Assembly: GCA_951406725.2 (NCBI GenBank)
Contig: OX597825.1
Coordinates: forward strand, 83,266,001 to 83,330,000
Length of the DNA stretch: 64,000 nt
From: Octopus vulgaris
Lineage: Eukaryota
Reading direction: 5' to 3'
Made by a program: the position numbers and the translations under genes. Of this stretch, positions 23,851 through 37,100 are shown piece after piece. The notes beneath the pieces are model-generated. The model had not been told where the DNA came from. It saw only the letters and a program-made list of their open reading frames with translations, and did not search any database. Position 1 is the first letter of the stretch. Each line of letters starts with the position of its first letter.

Positions 23851-23924
23851 CCTACCTTCTGACCTACCTGCTTACATACATACGTGAATTTATACATACA
23901 TGGATACATACATGCATACATATC

Positions 23925-24440
23925 TTCGGGAGGCTACTCCCGGGTACAAAGAAATAAGTACCACAACATGTTAGAAGCCATGGCCACTCATTATAAAAAG
24001 GAATACTGGTGATATATACCAGTGAAGACCTCAATAAAATGTAAGCACAAAAGACCTGATATAATGATTTGGGATATAGAAGAGAAACTGTGCCCAATTG
24101 TGGAAATTAGCTGCCCAGCGGATGTTAACATAAACTCAGTGAAAGAGAGAACACCTACAATGAACTATTGAGAAATCTGCAATTACTCTATCCAGATTAC
24201 AAGTTCAGGTTTATACCTGTAATTATTGGGGCATCGGTGTATATTACACACTGCCTAAATACCAATCTTGAGAAATTAGGCTTCTTAAAAGCAGAAAGGA
24301 GAAAGCTGATACGAAGATAACAGATACAATCCATCACTGGAACTGTATAAATCTGTAAAACTTTCCAGAAGTTTGTCATTTAAATATATATGAGCATATC
24401 TAGATATGTAATTATATGCATGAGAAAACATACATAAAAC
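23925..24440 (+). mobile_element. RLE-type (R4/Dong/R2-group) non-LTR retrotransposon 3' fragment
   Basis: KEYW*YIPVKTSIKCKHKRPDIMIWDIEEKLCPIVEISCPADVNI..YNELLRNLQLLYPDYKFRFIPVIIGA: PD-(D/E)xK restriction-like endonuclease with stops. Confidence 0.85.
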
Positions 24441-24456
24441 ATACATACATGCATAC

Positions 24457-24487
<31 letters not shown>

Positions 24488-24532
24488 CATACATACAGAC
24501 AGACAGACATACATACACACACACACATACAT

Positions 24533-24563
<31 letters not shown>

Positions 24564-24659
24564 TATATACATAATGATGATAGCCATCCACTCGTTACCG
24601 AGGAAAAGCATTACTGACCTTCAGGAAGATTGTGCGCTCAAGACTACCTTACACTTTAC

Positions 24660-25910
24660 ACTTAACGTGTCGTTTCTAAAGTGTCCTTGTCTGACATGAG
24701 TAAAGGAGTGATGTCAGTACACATACACAGTACACAGCAATTTTTGTTCGCTTTGTGGTGCCATGTTGGGACCAGGCATAAGACTCAAGCGACCGGAAAT
24801 AATCAGTTGCTCTCTGCTGCCTGAAAGATATTTCATCATCCATGGAGCAAGCACAACTGAGTGTGCTGCCCAGGTAGACAGGTTTGTCTATCACTTTCAG
24901 TATTGTTATTTCAACCAAGATAGCTAGTTCCACATAGGGGTTTCCTGATACACGCTGGAATATTACAACAGTCTTGTCCAGGCTAATGCTAAGTCCAAAT
25001 ACCTTGCAAGAAGCAGAAATATGATTCACAGGTATTTGCATGTCATCCACAGTATGAATGACTAAGTCACAGTCATCTATATAAAGGAGATCGCGAATAA
25101 CAGACTGGAAAACCTTTGAATTGACAGCAAATCGATGCTGGTTAAAGACGGTCAGAAGATCGATACTTAACATATATCACAGGGGAGCTATCCACAAAAA
25201 ACTGCATAAGTGAGAGTAGCAGCAAAGTACAGAAAAAAAAGAGAGTCCGGGTAAGGATGTCATGGTGGTTGATACCATTCCCTACCGGAATGGTTCCAGC
25301 CAAGCCATCACCAACATCCGATCATGAAATGGTTTAATTATTGATACAAAGTGATCCGGATATCCACGTTTGCCAAGTATATTCCATGTGGAGACTCTAT
25401 TAACAGTATCAAAGGCTTTAGTTAAATCAATGAATACGTGGACAAGATCCATACCCTACCCATAGCACTTCTACTGCATCTATCTCGCAGTGAAAATCAT
25501 TCCTCTTCCAGATCAGAAATCACATTCAGATTCAGATAGGACATCGTTTACAAGACACCTATTCAGGCGGGTAAGAGAAATACTTGCAAGCAGCTGAAAG
25601 TAGAGCAATACCTGTGACGTTTCCACACTCTACTCTGGTTCCTTTTCTTTTATAGAGGGGAATAATAATTGCATCCTTAAGGTCTTTAGGCAGTGGACCA
25701 TCGCTCCAGATTATACTAATAAATTCACAAAGGGTCTCTGTGCTGTGATCACCACCAAATCGCAGGACATCAGTACAAATGTCGACACTGACGAACGTTC
25801 TGTGAGACCCGCAACCAGCAGAACTGAGAAAAGCATCACAAATGCGTGCGGCTGTAATGGGAAATCGTTGAATCACCCTCCGTGGGTTATCAGAGGATGA
25901 GAAGATTAGT
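24660..25910 (-). mobile_element. RTE-clade LINE reverse transcriptase relic
   Basis: ORF pieces IWSDGPLPKDLKDAIIIPLYKRKGTRVECGN..GIALLS and LLYIDD..FGLSISLDKT..YLGSTLS..TKIAVY..LTSLLYSCQT; frameshifted. Confidence 0.92.
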
Positions 25911-25942
25911 TACGGTTCAGTTCAGTCCATTATCATTATAGA

Positions 25943-25944
25943 TG

Positions 25945-26013
<69 letters not shown>

Positions 26014-26055
26014 ATTGATAGATAGATAGATAGATAGATAGATAGGTAGATAGAT
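25943..26055. repeat. (GATA)n microsatellite
   Basis: Seen directly. Confidence 0.95.
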
Positions 26056-26171
26056 TGCTGGAGGGTGGAAGAGAATGAAGGATGGTGTTATACTTGCACA
26101 TATAGATATACGTGTGACACAGATTGCTGTAGAACACTGTGCACTTCGTGTGTGTCTGTGGGCGTGTTTGT

Positions 26172-26219
<48 letters not shown>

Positions 26220-26533
26220 ACAGGCATCTATACATGCACGTATATTACTAAAAGTACGAGAGCATTGTTCTGGTATAATAAATATATATTTGTTAGTTTT
26301 CCGTATGATCAATTTACCATTCATTTTATAATGACTGTCCAGTATGGACAAAAATCGCCGACCAGATAATTAATGAGAAAAAATGTTATTGGTATAAGAA
26401 TTACGAACGTTGCGTTTAAATAATCTTATATGATATATGATAACGTATGTATATAGAATGTGAACATTATATCAGTTGTACATTTATAAGCACGTGTTTT
26501 TGTATGGAAGTAAATATGTACATACAAACATAT

Positions 26534-26937
26534 AGGCGCAGGAGTGGCTGTGTGGTAAGTAGCTTGCTAACCAACCACATGGTTCCGGGTTCAGTCCCAC
26601 TGCGTGGCATCTTGGGCAAGTGTCTTCTGCTATAGTCCCGGGCCGACCAATGCCTTGTGAGTGGATTTGGTAGACGGAAACTGAAAGAAGCCTTTCGTAT
26701 ATATGTATATATATATATGTATGTGTGTGTGTGCTTGCGTGTCTGTGTTTGTCCCCCTAGCATTGCTTGACAACCGATGCTGGTGTGTTTACGTCCCCGT
26801 CACTTAGCAGTTCGGCAAAAGAGACCGATAGAATAAGTACTGGGCTTACAAAGAATAAGTCCCGGGGTCGATTTGCTCGACTAAAGGCGGTGCTCCAGCA
26901 TAGCCGCAGTCAAATGACTGAAACAAGTAAAAGAGAA
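26534..26937 (+). mobile_element. Full-length SINE family B
   Basis: GGCGCAGGAGTGGCTGTGTGG head, GGGTTCAGTCCC B-box-like motif; multiple copies in the window. Confidence 0.92.
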
Positions 26938-26944
26938 AAAAAGA

Positions 26945-27003
<59 letters not shown>

Positions 27004-27102
27004 TGTATAAATGTTCATATATATATAACTATTCAAAAGAATGTAAGAAGATGGAGATATGGCATTTAATAAAAGTTTATTATCTGTTAAAATCCAACAT
27101 AG

Positions 27103-27187
27103 CCGCTTACATCTGTTTCGATTACGACTAACAAATTAAATGGCAACTATTAAAATCATTATGTTAGGTAATATCTCTTTAGAGGAG
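27103..27187 (-). ncRNA. Degenerate hammerhead with extended stem II in a Penelope-like remnant
   Basis: Minus strand: CTCCT-CTAAAGA-gatattacctaaca...tgttagtcgtaatc-GAA-ACAGATGT-A-AGCGG. G5 is mutated. Confidence 0.45.
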
Positions 27188-27850
27188 TAGAATTATGTAT
27201 AGTTAGGTGTTTTTATGCGTTGTATTTTAGGTTATTTCAATGAGCAATGGATAAATATGTGAATAGAATTAGGTAAATAAATAGAGGTTTAATAGTAAAT
27301 TACAGTGAATCATATGAATGAGGAGATAAAATAAATACTTAGGTAAGTTGTTTATAAGGCTGAGGGAATACTAATATATTAACACCAGTCTTTTAATTTA
27401 GTGCATATAAATATATATATACACACATATAGATATGTGCATCTAAAGATATATATGCATATATATATATATATATGTATGTATGTATGTATGTATGGAC
27501 ACACGTGCACACACATGCATATATACACATACACAAAGAATAGATACAAATTTGTAGGCACATGTGCACACATACATGGAGATACATGTATGTGCACCAC
27601 CTCATGCAAATGAATATATATAAGGAACAACACATCCATATGTATATATATCTATCTATCTATATATCTATCTATCTATCTATCAATCTATATATACATA
27701 TACATATTCATATATACACACGTACACACATAACCGCGCTCACACAAACATGTCAATACTTATACATAACGCACATTTGTCCATATAAAGCATGTATACC
27801 GTTAGGTATTAATATATATACTTAAGTGTATCTCTCTCTCTCTCTTTCTC

Positions 27851-27888
<38 letters not shown>

Positions 27889-28011
27889 TACATACATATA
27901 TACATACATACATGCATACATGCATACTTATATAGAACTTTTAAGGTGTGATCTAAAATAAAGATACAATTTCCTTCGTACATGTTTGCTGAAATGCACA
28001 CATTCATGCAT

Positions 28012-28094
<83 letters not shown>

Positions 28095-28385
28095 GTTAAT
28101 CTTTCTATGTGATAATAGTAAAATTTCACATTAACCTGGACGATTGATCGATACTTTTGCTAAAGTGCAATTTTATTATTCATTAACAAGATTACTCTTG
28201 ACAATCATTATCATTTTTCAGCCAGATAAGTCGTCATCGGACTGTGCTACGTTTATATTTTCACTTTTGAGGTAAATTTTTTCTGGGTAAGCTGGGCTCC
28301 CTTAAATGATATTTTCTGCAGCACTTGTACACTCTAGAGTTGCAATATTATATTTATGCATACGATATACATAATTTATGTAGGA

Positions 28386-28446
<61 letters not shown>

Positions 28447-28666
28447 GAGAGAAAGAGAGACAGAGAGAGAGAGACAGACAGACAGAGAAAGACATATATA
28501 TGCATGTATATACACATATATATACATATATATACAGAAACATGTATGCATATACAGACATGTAGACATACATATGCATATATATGAACATATAATACAT
28601 ACATATATATCTCTCTTTTACTTGTTTCAGTCATTTGAATGTGACCATGCTGGAGCACCGCCTTGA

Positions 28667-28708
<42 letters not shown>

Positions 28709-28979
28709 ATATAAACTCACACACATGCCAATGTACGAAAATCACGGTCCCTGAGTCACTCTGTAACTTCTTCCAATTATTAGAAATCACACACACACAC
28801 ACACACACATGTATATACTAAGATTTTCATTTGTATTACTCTTTCTCCAGCTTCGAATACACACACACACGCATATATTCACACACACTCCGAACACGCT
28901 CTCACTGCTATACACCCACACAGATGCATACATACATACGTACATATATATACAAGTATATATACATATATTTACATAT

Positions 28980-29049
<70 letters not shown>

Positions 29050-30884
29050 ATGTATATATATACATATATATGAATTGTAGCGTAATCTATGATTTTCAAA
29101 CAACCATTTGTTTATTTCTCTCATCTAATAACCTGTCTGACACATAAATGTCTCTACTGTTTATAAAACTGTACTGATTTCGCTTGTATTGGCCAAGTGT
29201 ATCTATTTATATATCTGAGAGCATGTATGTACTTTAGTATGTGTGTTTTACGTAGGTTTCGGTGTGTATTTATTCGTGTGTTCCTATGTGTGTGTTTATG
29301 TAAGCCTATGATTGATTTCTCTGTTTTTCTTGATGTTCTTGGTGTTAAATTGAAATAACAACAACAGCCTCATGTCTGTTCAATAATTGATTGGAATTAT
29401 GAATTCGTTCACATTTTCTAATCAGTTGCATCTGTCGATAGGTCGTCAATATTATGACCTTACCAAAATTCTGGAAACAAATTTCAACAGCATCATTCGC
29501 TCGTAGACATAATGCAATATATCATGTAATGCATCGTAGAAATTCTGTATAGCAATCGTGTTACTCATTAAAAAAATTTTTCTTACTATGTATTCGTGAA
29601 CAATAACGTCGATATTTATAGGTTTTGTAATAGTGCAAGTGTTGCTTCTTTCCATGTTCGTTAATGAGGTTCTGTGTATATTGTATTCGTCACGTATCTC
29701 GTTAGTTCAAATCGCTCTGATGGCAGGTTTCTGAAGGAGGTTCTTTCCGGATTTTCAAATTTTATGAAAAGAATCTGACCCCCTTTTCTGTGTCCATATA
29801 GGTTATTCGAAACGTTTTGAGTGGGAAAACGGTAGTGTGTCCTTACGGATTTTCTCACTTTTTACGACACCTCTTTAAATTGTTATTATGTGCGAATTCG
29901 ACTTCACCGCCAATTACAGTAATTATTGCCAAGTCCCAAATTTATAAAATATTTTTTTTTAGATTTATGTAACCCGAGATTCATGGGAATGTAAATGTCT
30001 ATGAGCAATTAGACGAAAGAATGACCTACCAATAACCACTCAATTCCCCGTTATTTTGTATTATTTTCTTGCATTTCAAAATGTTTTAGCATCAAAGACT
30101 AGTATAAAATCTTTCATTTACAATCTTTACATATTTTCGTTACTATCTCTCTGATTTCTTCATATATTTTTGTTGCGAATGATTATAGAGTTGCAGCGTG
30201 GAAGGCGTTTATAATCCATTTAAAAGCACACAAAAACCCTTAGATCCACTAAATTTAATTTGTCAAAATATTTTCGTCGCATTGTCACCGCGATCAGGTC
30301 GCTTGCTATGCAAGTGCCTCTCCGTAAATTATTATTCAATTATATTGTAATGCGTCAAGCAAAGTGCATTCCTCTTTCATACACGTTTTCTTTCTTAGTG
30401 TCCTTCACAAATATTGAACGAACATGTTATGGTGAAAGACTTGGACATCTCGTCTTGTAATACATAATTGCATTATGTGTCTGCCTTTCTTTCAGAATTG
30501 ACGCGGAAATGTTCATGCAGTAACATATTAATTTTGACATAGTGAAATACATTTGGCAGAATATATTTCTAACATTTTTTTCAATCATCATTTGTAATAT
30601 CTCGGTAAATCAAAATGTAACTTTAATTCGATTTGAGAACCACATAGGTTGCCATTTATAAATAAAGTTTTGGCAAATTTGACCGAAGCATCAGAATGTT
30701 GTTTATATATACATTGCAGTAATTTGTCTGCGATTCCTTGCTCCGAAATCCAATTGCACCGCGGTTAATTTTGCCTTGTTGCCTTTAATCCATTCACTAT
30801 TGCATTTTATAGAACAAGTCACGAACAGGGGTCAATTTCACTCTCCTTTTTTCCATTTCTCACATTATCCCTCATAAAATCGTT

Positions 30885-30903
30885 TGCGTTGCATTGTGGG
30901 AAA
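30885..30903 (-). promoter_or_regulatory. ZNF143/Staf-binding-site-like motif
   Basis: Minus strand TTTCCCACAATGCAACGCA has one mismatch to the consensus YYWCCCRNMATSCMYYRCR. Confidence 0.45.
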
Positions 30904-30969
30904 GGGTATTAGAGAACACTCAAAGAGAATGGTTTTAATAAGAATTAGAAGATTTTGTTTCTCTTGTAG

Positions 30970-31062
30970 AGACACCTAGTGTGATACTGAAAGCAGCCAA
31001 TGGAATAAAGAAATGCAACACATCAGAAAAGCCACAACCAAGACCGTGAAAATAAAGATAAC
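30970..31062 (+). other. Candidate exon of an unidentified transcript
   Basis: Polypyrimidine tract plus AG (ttttgtttctcttgtag) and GTAAGT donor at 31063, in unique sequence next to promoter-like motifs. No recognisable peptide. Confidence 0.3.
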
Positions 31063-31390
31063 GTAAGTCGGTTTTTTTCTGTTAGAGTCAGAGTTAGCTT
31101 CAGGCTGGCTTCGTATATAATTACATCATATATAGCGTAAACTTCGATAAGTTTGTACCCTGTGTCGTATTGATGAGAGGCGTGGGATTTCTCTTCAGGG
31201 AAAGAAACATCTTTATTTGATATATTTTCTGTTAACGATGAAGCTCGTTTTCTGAAACAGCAGAACTCTCGTAGTACACACGATACAAGAATTTATATAT
31301 GGATTATATTTGATGCTGCCTTAGTCTCAGACTATTTCTTACTTATTACCCATAATATCAGTACAGCATATTAATGTAAGTTGTTATACA

Positions 31391-31605
31391 GGCTGCGGGC
31401 TGACAGAATGGTTAGCACGCCGGGTTAAATGCTCAACGGCACTTCGTCCGTCTTTACGTTCCGAGATCAAATACCACTGAAGTCGACTTTACCTTTCATT
31501 CTTTCGGGGCCGGTAAAATAAGTACCAGATGGGCACCGGGATCGATGTAACCGAATTTTCCACTCCACTGAAATTGCTGGCATTGTACCAACATTTCAAA
31601 CAAAT
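31391..31605 (+). mobile_element. SINE family A-related, decayed
   Basis: Head and central domain match family A; alternative tail. Confidence 0.8.
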
Positions 31606-33164
31606 ATACGTTGTTATATGAATAATAAGCATCACGTTTTAGGACATCATTTGTTATATTAAATAAAAAAGAAGTGTGGATTAAAATTTATATCTTCTTG
31701 ATTTATAATTTTGATTCTAATCTTAATTTTGTTTTAACCAGTTACCTGGAATTTACTTAAGCGGCAAATGGAAACACATCACTTATAGATTGTTATTAAT
31801 CTTTAATTGCAAAAGAAAAATATATACCATTTTAGTAATGTTCGAAATTAAATTTAATTCCGAATGTTTGCGTTAAAAGAGAAATTGATAATGTTGTTTT
31901 TCGAAAGCTGAATGTTTTTGATTTTGTAAGAATATTTTAATTTAAGTTCAATAACTTCTGTAGATATTGGTTATAGACTATAGGGCACTTCAAAGCCGAT
32001 CTTGTCTCTCCTTCAAAGGTTTTACTATTTAATTGCCCTGCATCTCAACTCCGGCACTCTGGTCCGGTAACTATTTTCCAATGTTTCTTGCTGCCACTTC
32101 GACAATCCTTTCAGTTTGTTGCTTACCTTTACGAAGTATTCAACCAGGAAGTTTTGTGTTCTGAAACTTGAAAATGAATTATCCGCCTTAATTGAAAATG
32201 TTTGCCATTTGATCGGAATATATCGAAGCTATCTGAAAATTTTAATTTCTTTCATTCGTTTACATTTTGGAAGATTCAATATTGTAAAGAAGATATATGG
32301 TGCGTTAACCGAAGCTAAATCCTAAAAAGAATTGTTTCACCTTCTGAAAAGACAAATAACCGATGTCAATTGCCAAATAAAGTATTGATGTAAAGAGAGG
32401 ATATATCGATAATTGTATAACCCCGCATAAGCTTTGGTCAAAAAACTTATGAGGGTCATTTTAGTGGTCACTATAATGTCTAGACTCACATCACTCACAC
32501 GTGCCAGTGGTAAAATACAGCTCTGTAAATCCTTTTACATGGTCAGGCCTAAATAGAATACTCACATGTTTTACGTTCTGATTAGGAGAACCGCTGGTCT
32601 CAATAGCTGGGAAATCGATGGATGAAAGAGTCAGCAAGTATCCAGCACTCATCCAGAGGCCTAGATATTTCCAGGTCAATATCCGTGATACAAGAAATGA
32701 CAGACAGAAACCAATATCAAAGTCTATACTTGATATTGTGTTAAAATACGTCTTTCGTTTTAGCATATCCCAAAGGACAAAACAGTACATTAATTTTCAA
32801 ATTCAATGTGCATATATTCTCTTATATTCCAATGCACTTAGGAGTTGTATCAATCCAGACTTAGAGGCAATAACACTTCTTGTAGTATATTTGAATAACT
32901 TAAGAATTAATTTTGCGTTAGCTTATAGGAATTGTTATACAAATATATTCTTTAGTTATATTCATATCAATAATGTTATAAATGAATGATGGCAGTGAAG
33001 TGTTGCGTTTGATAATGATGACAAATCTCCTCTAGCAATATCAAACAGCATGCCTCATTATGCAGCAATGTGGAAAGTGCTTACGGCAGAAATAGTTTGC
33101 CGCAGTGCTGACGAAGTTTTCTTTAAGTGGAAAAGAGTAGAATAAGTACAAACCTCATTGGTAG

Positions 33165-33355
33165 GTCGCCGGGAAACATGCTTAGCGGCATTTCGTCCGT
33201 CTCCAGGTCCGGACTGGAATTCCGCCGAGGTCGACTTTGCCTTTCATTCTTTCGAGGTCGATAAAATAAATACCAGTTAAACAGTGAGGTCGATGTAATC
33301 GACCTACCCTCTCCCCAAAATTCAGGCCTTGTGTCTTTATTTAAAAAGGATTATT
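33165..33355 (+). mobile_element. SINE family A-related
   Basis: ccgccgaggtcgactttgcctttcattctttcgaggtcgataaaataaataccag. Confidence 0.85.
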
Positions 33356-33382
33356 ATTTACTATCAAGTTATTTATTTATTA

Positions 33383-33893
33383 CTAGCAGTATCGCCCGGC
33401 GTTGCTCGGGTTTTTAAGGGAAATAACTATATAAGCATTTTTAGAGAGTTACTTCCCTTATAGATGCCAATTCGGGCTTTCTTAGCCATCTCTGTTTTGG
33501 TGTCTTCAAGCCATGAAGTCGTTGTTCTAAAAGAACGCTGGTCTCCTTGACAACGCTTTACGACGTTGATTTCTTTACACTCCCTTCCCCACAGCTTCAC
33601 GAGGGAGGGAAGGGGGAGAAGCAAACAGGTGCAGCTGTGAGCGTGGACGCCAACTCCGCCGCCATCGACACACGATGCATTTTATGCATTAAAATGGAAT
33701 AAAAAATGAGTTAAATTATTTTTTAAATCGTAGACTCATCGTAGACGCGCGCTAATATGCAGACGGGCTCGATATGAATCACGACTATAAGATACCCGAA
33801 TTTGGTTAAACTGCACCGCAAAATGTGGGAGTAGTTAGGAATCTAAATCGAAGGGGACAGACACTCACACAACTACAGTTTTATATATAGAGA
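33383..33893 (-). mobile_element. Non-autonomous Helitron
   Basis: Minus strand starts A|TCTCTATATATAAAA and ends with the hairpin CCCGAGCAACGCCGGG followed by CTAG|T; inserted between A and T with no target-site duplication. Confidence 0.88.
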
Positions 33894-33894
33894 T

Positions 33895-34082
33895 AATAAT
33901 TATTAATGATAATAAGGATAATAATAGCAACAATAACAACATTAACAATGATGATAATAATGATGATGATGATGAAGAGGAGGAGGAGGATGGTGGTGGT
34001 GGTGGTAATGGTGATGATGAAGATGATGATTATGAAGATGATGATGATGATGATGGTGAGGATGATGATGATGATGATGATG
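33895..34082. repeat. (AAT)/(GAT)/(GGT) compound microsatellite
   Basis: Seen directly. Confidence 0.9.
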
Positions 34083-34985
34083 TTTTTATTAGCCACAAAG
34101 GCCCAAAACACGAAGGACAACATCGAAGGACGAGTTACATCACAAAAAGACTGCAAAAACAAAAGCATGTCAGGTTAACAATCAAGGGGAGATAACACCA
34201 CATTAAAGGATATAATGGAGGATATGTAACAGAGTGTAGAGAAATAAATAATAATAAACAAATAGATAGAATCCCTAATAGCGGGATGGTGGTCCACTCA
34301 AGGTAATCCCGGGTAAACCCCACAAAAAAAAAATCCCGGATTACTCTACCATCTTCAAGGAATGGGAAAGTGCCCTCTTCCAGTTTCTTTCCTCCTAGTT
34401 AGAAAAGCATATTTAGAGTAGATCCATTCAATCTCACTAGTCTTGCCACTGTTGATCACCTTTTGATAAACACACTAGAAAGAAGAAAGCTATTGACTGG
34501 TCCAAATTCACCATTGCCCCTTCAAAGACCGATCTATCCTCGACACGTTCTATGACATATCGCATGAGGTGGAGATTGCTGTGGATAGACCTACGGCGTC
34601 GCAAATGTTTGTCCATCCCCGACTATACTATCGACAAGCGCCAGCCTCTTGGCGAGCACCTTAGCTAGAATCTTAATCTCAGTTAAGTGAAATTATGATG
34701 TTTTCAATCACATCCTCCTTGTTCGTATCTTTTCTCAACAGCGTCACTACTCCCCGACTCACAAGACTTGGAATGCTTCCTTTCTCTTGTCAGGAGCAGT
34801 AGACAGCTGCTAAAATCGGCGCAAACAAGTCCGATATGTGAGTATGTATTTCATAGGTCAGACTATACAATCCTGGTGATTTGTGCACCACGCAGTGGCC
34901 CAGCACGTCTTCCACTTCCTCCTCTGAAATCGGCTTCTCATAGCACTCGACATCCTTGTCCTACTGGCGCGGCATACCTTCGATA
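34083..34985 (-). mobile_element. Tx1/L1-clade LINE relic: RT N-terminal part joined to the 3' end by an internal deletion
   Basis: Minus strand: KPISEEEV..KSPGL..LFAPILAAVY..GSIPSLVSRGVVTLLRKD..KILAKVLAKRLALV..RSIHSNLHLMRYVIE..MVNLDQS, then the C-terminus and AATAAA. Confidence 0.85.
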
Positions 34986-36345
34986 TAAGTTTCAAACCTG
35001 CTGTGTAAAGAATGTCACTCCTCGAAAAGATGTTAGCGGAATTCTGCCGTAATAATAATGGAGTGAGGGTACCTCTTCAGCCTCAGTCGCCAACCCTTCT
35101 AAAGATGGCATTCCAATAAAAACACCGGTGGCCGTGTAACCTCACCACCACACCCCACATTATGAGTCCAAATGTTAAATACAAATGTATAGAACAACCA
35201 TTTGAATGTGGTCAGAACAGATACTTACCCGAAAGAGACTAAGCGACTAAGTAAGAAAGATGAAGAAGAAATGACAGTTAGAAGAAGGACAATGGAAGAA
35301 GTCAAATGCAGTGTCTTCCAGACGGAAAATAGCAAGAAGCATGAAGGTCAGATACAACGTATCAAGAGACCCCTGCCTCCCTACTTGGAATCTAAAATCT
35401 ACTTTTCCGATGAAGAACTGGTTATTGCTAGCAGAATACTTGATATTACCCAGTGTGACAGAAGTCGATCCATGGGTGGAATTTACCATGGTGGAATATA
35501 CCATGGTGTTATTTACCTAGAACCTTTGTAACAGGATTCTATTTGTATTAGATCCTACATTCCTTGAGTACAAGTTAGCTATAATCTGTCTATATCAACT
35601 CTGAAATCGTGGTTTCACAACCACGTCATTAATTCCCTGATTTCTGCATCTATTGACTTTTCAATTTATTTCACATCCAGTTTATATTGAAGCTGCAATT
35701 TACAACTAGGAATGCTAGAGTATTTATACCTACAATATTATTTCTCTTATTGACTTCAGTTTTTAATATTAGTCCGACTCTTTTATACTACTGACTCTAA
35801 AACATATCTACCATTTCTGTATTTATTTTATCAGTTTCCTTTACACAGCACATTTGTATGGGTGCTTTCGGCCTGCTTCTCTGATTTAGGCGTCTAATTT
35901 AATAATATTCTCAGCTCTAGTTAAATTACCTTTTCGTATTAGAAGTAGGTTTAGTGCATTTGTCTAATCCTCTGATCAATCGTATGATTTTAATGAATTT
36001 AAAAACGGCTTTCAGTTCTGTATTGTCCATGTAAATATATTGAAGTCAGCTATGTATACAGGCGTTGATGCGCATTTCTTTCTGCAGCGACCATATTCAG
36101 CGGTGGTTTGGTGCAAACAAGTATGTTAATGGAGTCGGAACTAAATACAAGAACAGGGGACATAATGATCCCTTCTTGAAAGGCATCCCCTTGTATTTAT
36201 ACAGAAACAATTTTGATAATGTTATGCGATATTTTTTTTTAATATCATTAATTGCGTCACATATTTCATTAGTTCCTGAGTTGTTTTATTTAGACTTGGT
36301 TTTTGTATCTGGTTTGCAAGATTCTTTATGTGAATTCGTGTGTTG

Positions 36346-36608
36346 AAACAATTTTTGGTGTGTCTAAGGAGAGTCATTATGCCAATATTATTAACACGCG
36401 TGCATTATTTATCGACTGGACAAATACCCAACTAATTAATTGATTGTTTATCTTAGTTAAACAGTAAGCCATTTGTTTTGTTTTTGTCTGTTGTTTTTTA
36501 TGAAAGCTCACTCGTTGCTATTTTGAACCTTTTCAGTGACTTTTGTGGTGTGTGTGTGTGTTAATAATATTGGCATAATCTCTTTCCTAGGCACAACAAA
36601 ATTTGTTT
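36346..36608. mobile_element. MITE-like element with ~52-bp imperfect terminal inverted repeats
   Basis: 36346-36397 versus 36558-36608, including a perfect 22-bp ATTATGCCAATATTATTAACAC. Confidence 0.65.
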
Positions 36609-36849
36609 TATTTAGAGTGTATCCAGAATCAGGAAGGAATGTTAAATAAAGGCTTTCACAATTTGCCGAGATCACACCATTTTACCGTCTCCTATTTCTA
36701 CCAACTTCTATAAAGTCTCAATTCACTATCAGCTGTTCTTTACAGCCATACGTTCATTAGCCGCGCCAGTTTTCTAGAAATATATCATTATTCACCAGAC
36801 ATGTAACCCAGCTTCTTATGAAGAAAGGTTGTGAAAGTTCTGTATGCTT

Positions 36850-37100
36850 CGTCAAGAATTCATTCACTTATAGATATATAGGACTTTGTTATTCTGCAAA
36901 AATTCACTCAAATAAATCATTCCCGGTACAAAGTTTAGTGGGGATACACTGTCTCCTTGGAAATGTCCATTCATAATTTTCACCTCTCCTAATTCTTGAT
37001 GCCCTGCTGTCAGTTCAGTTCCCCAGCATCTCATACTGTTCTACATAAAGCAGCTCGTGTTTTCTACTACGCCATATATTTTCATAGATATTATCCAATG
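36850..37100 (-). mobile_element. R4/Dong-like RT fragment
   Basis: MKIYGV..NSMRCWGTELTAGHQELGEVKI..FQGDSVSPLNFV: RT motif QGDxLSP. Confidence 0.75.

Noticed and set aside
32491-32989. Overlapping 99-aa and 123-aa ORFs with a KYLGL motif
   Set aside because: Weak LINE-like hints occur on both strands and give no coherent domain.
35202-35531. 109-aa non-repetitive ORF
   Set aside because: No recognisable domain, TTG start, and it lies among LINE debris.
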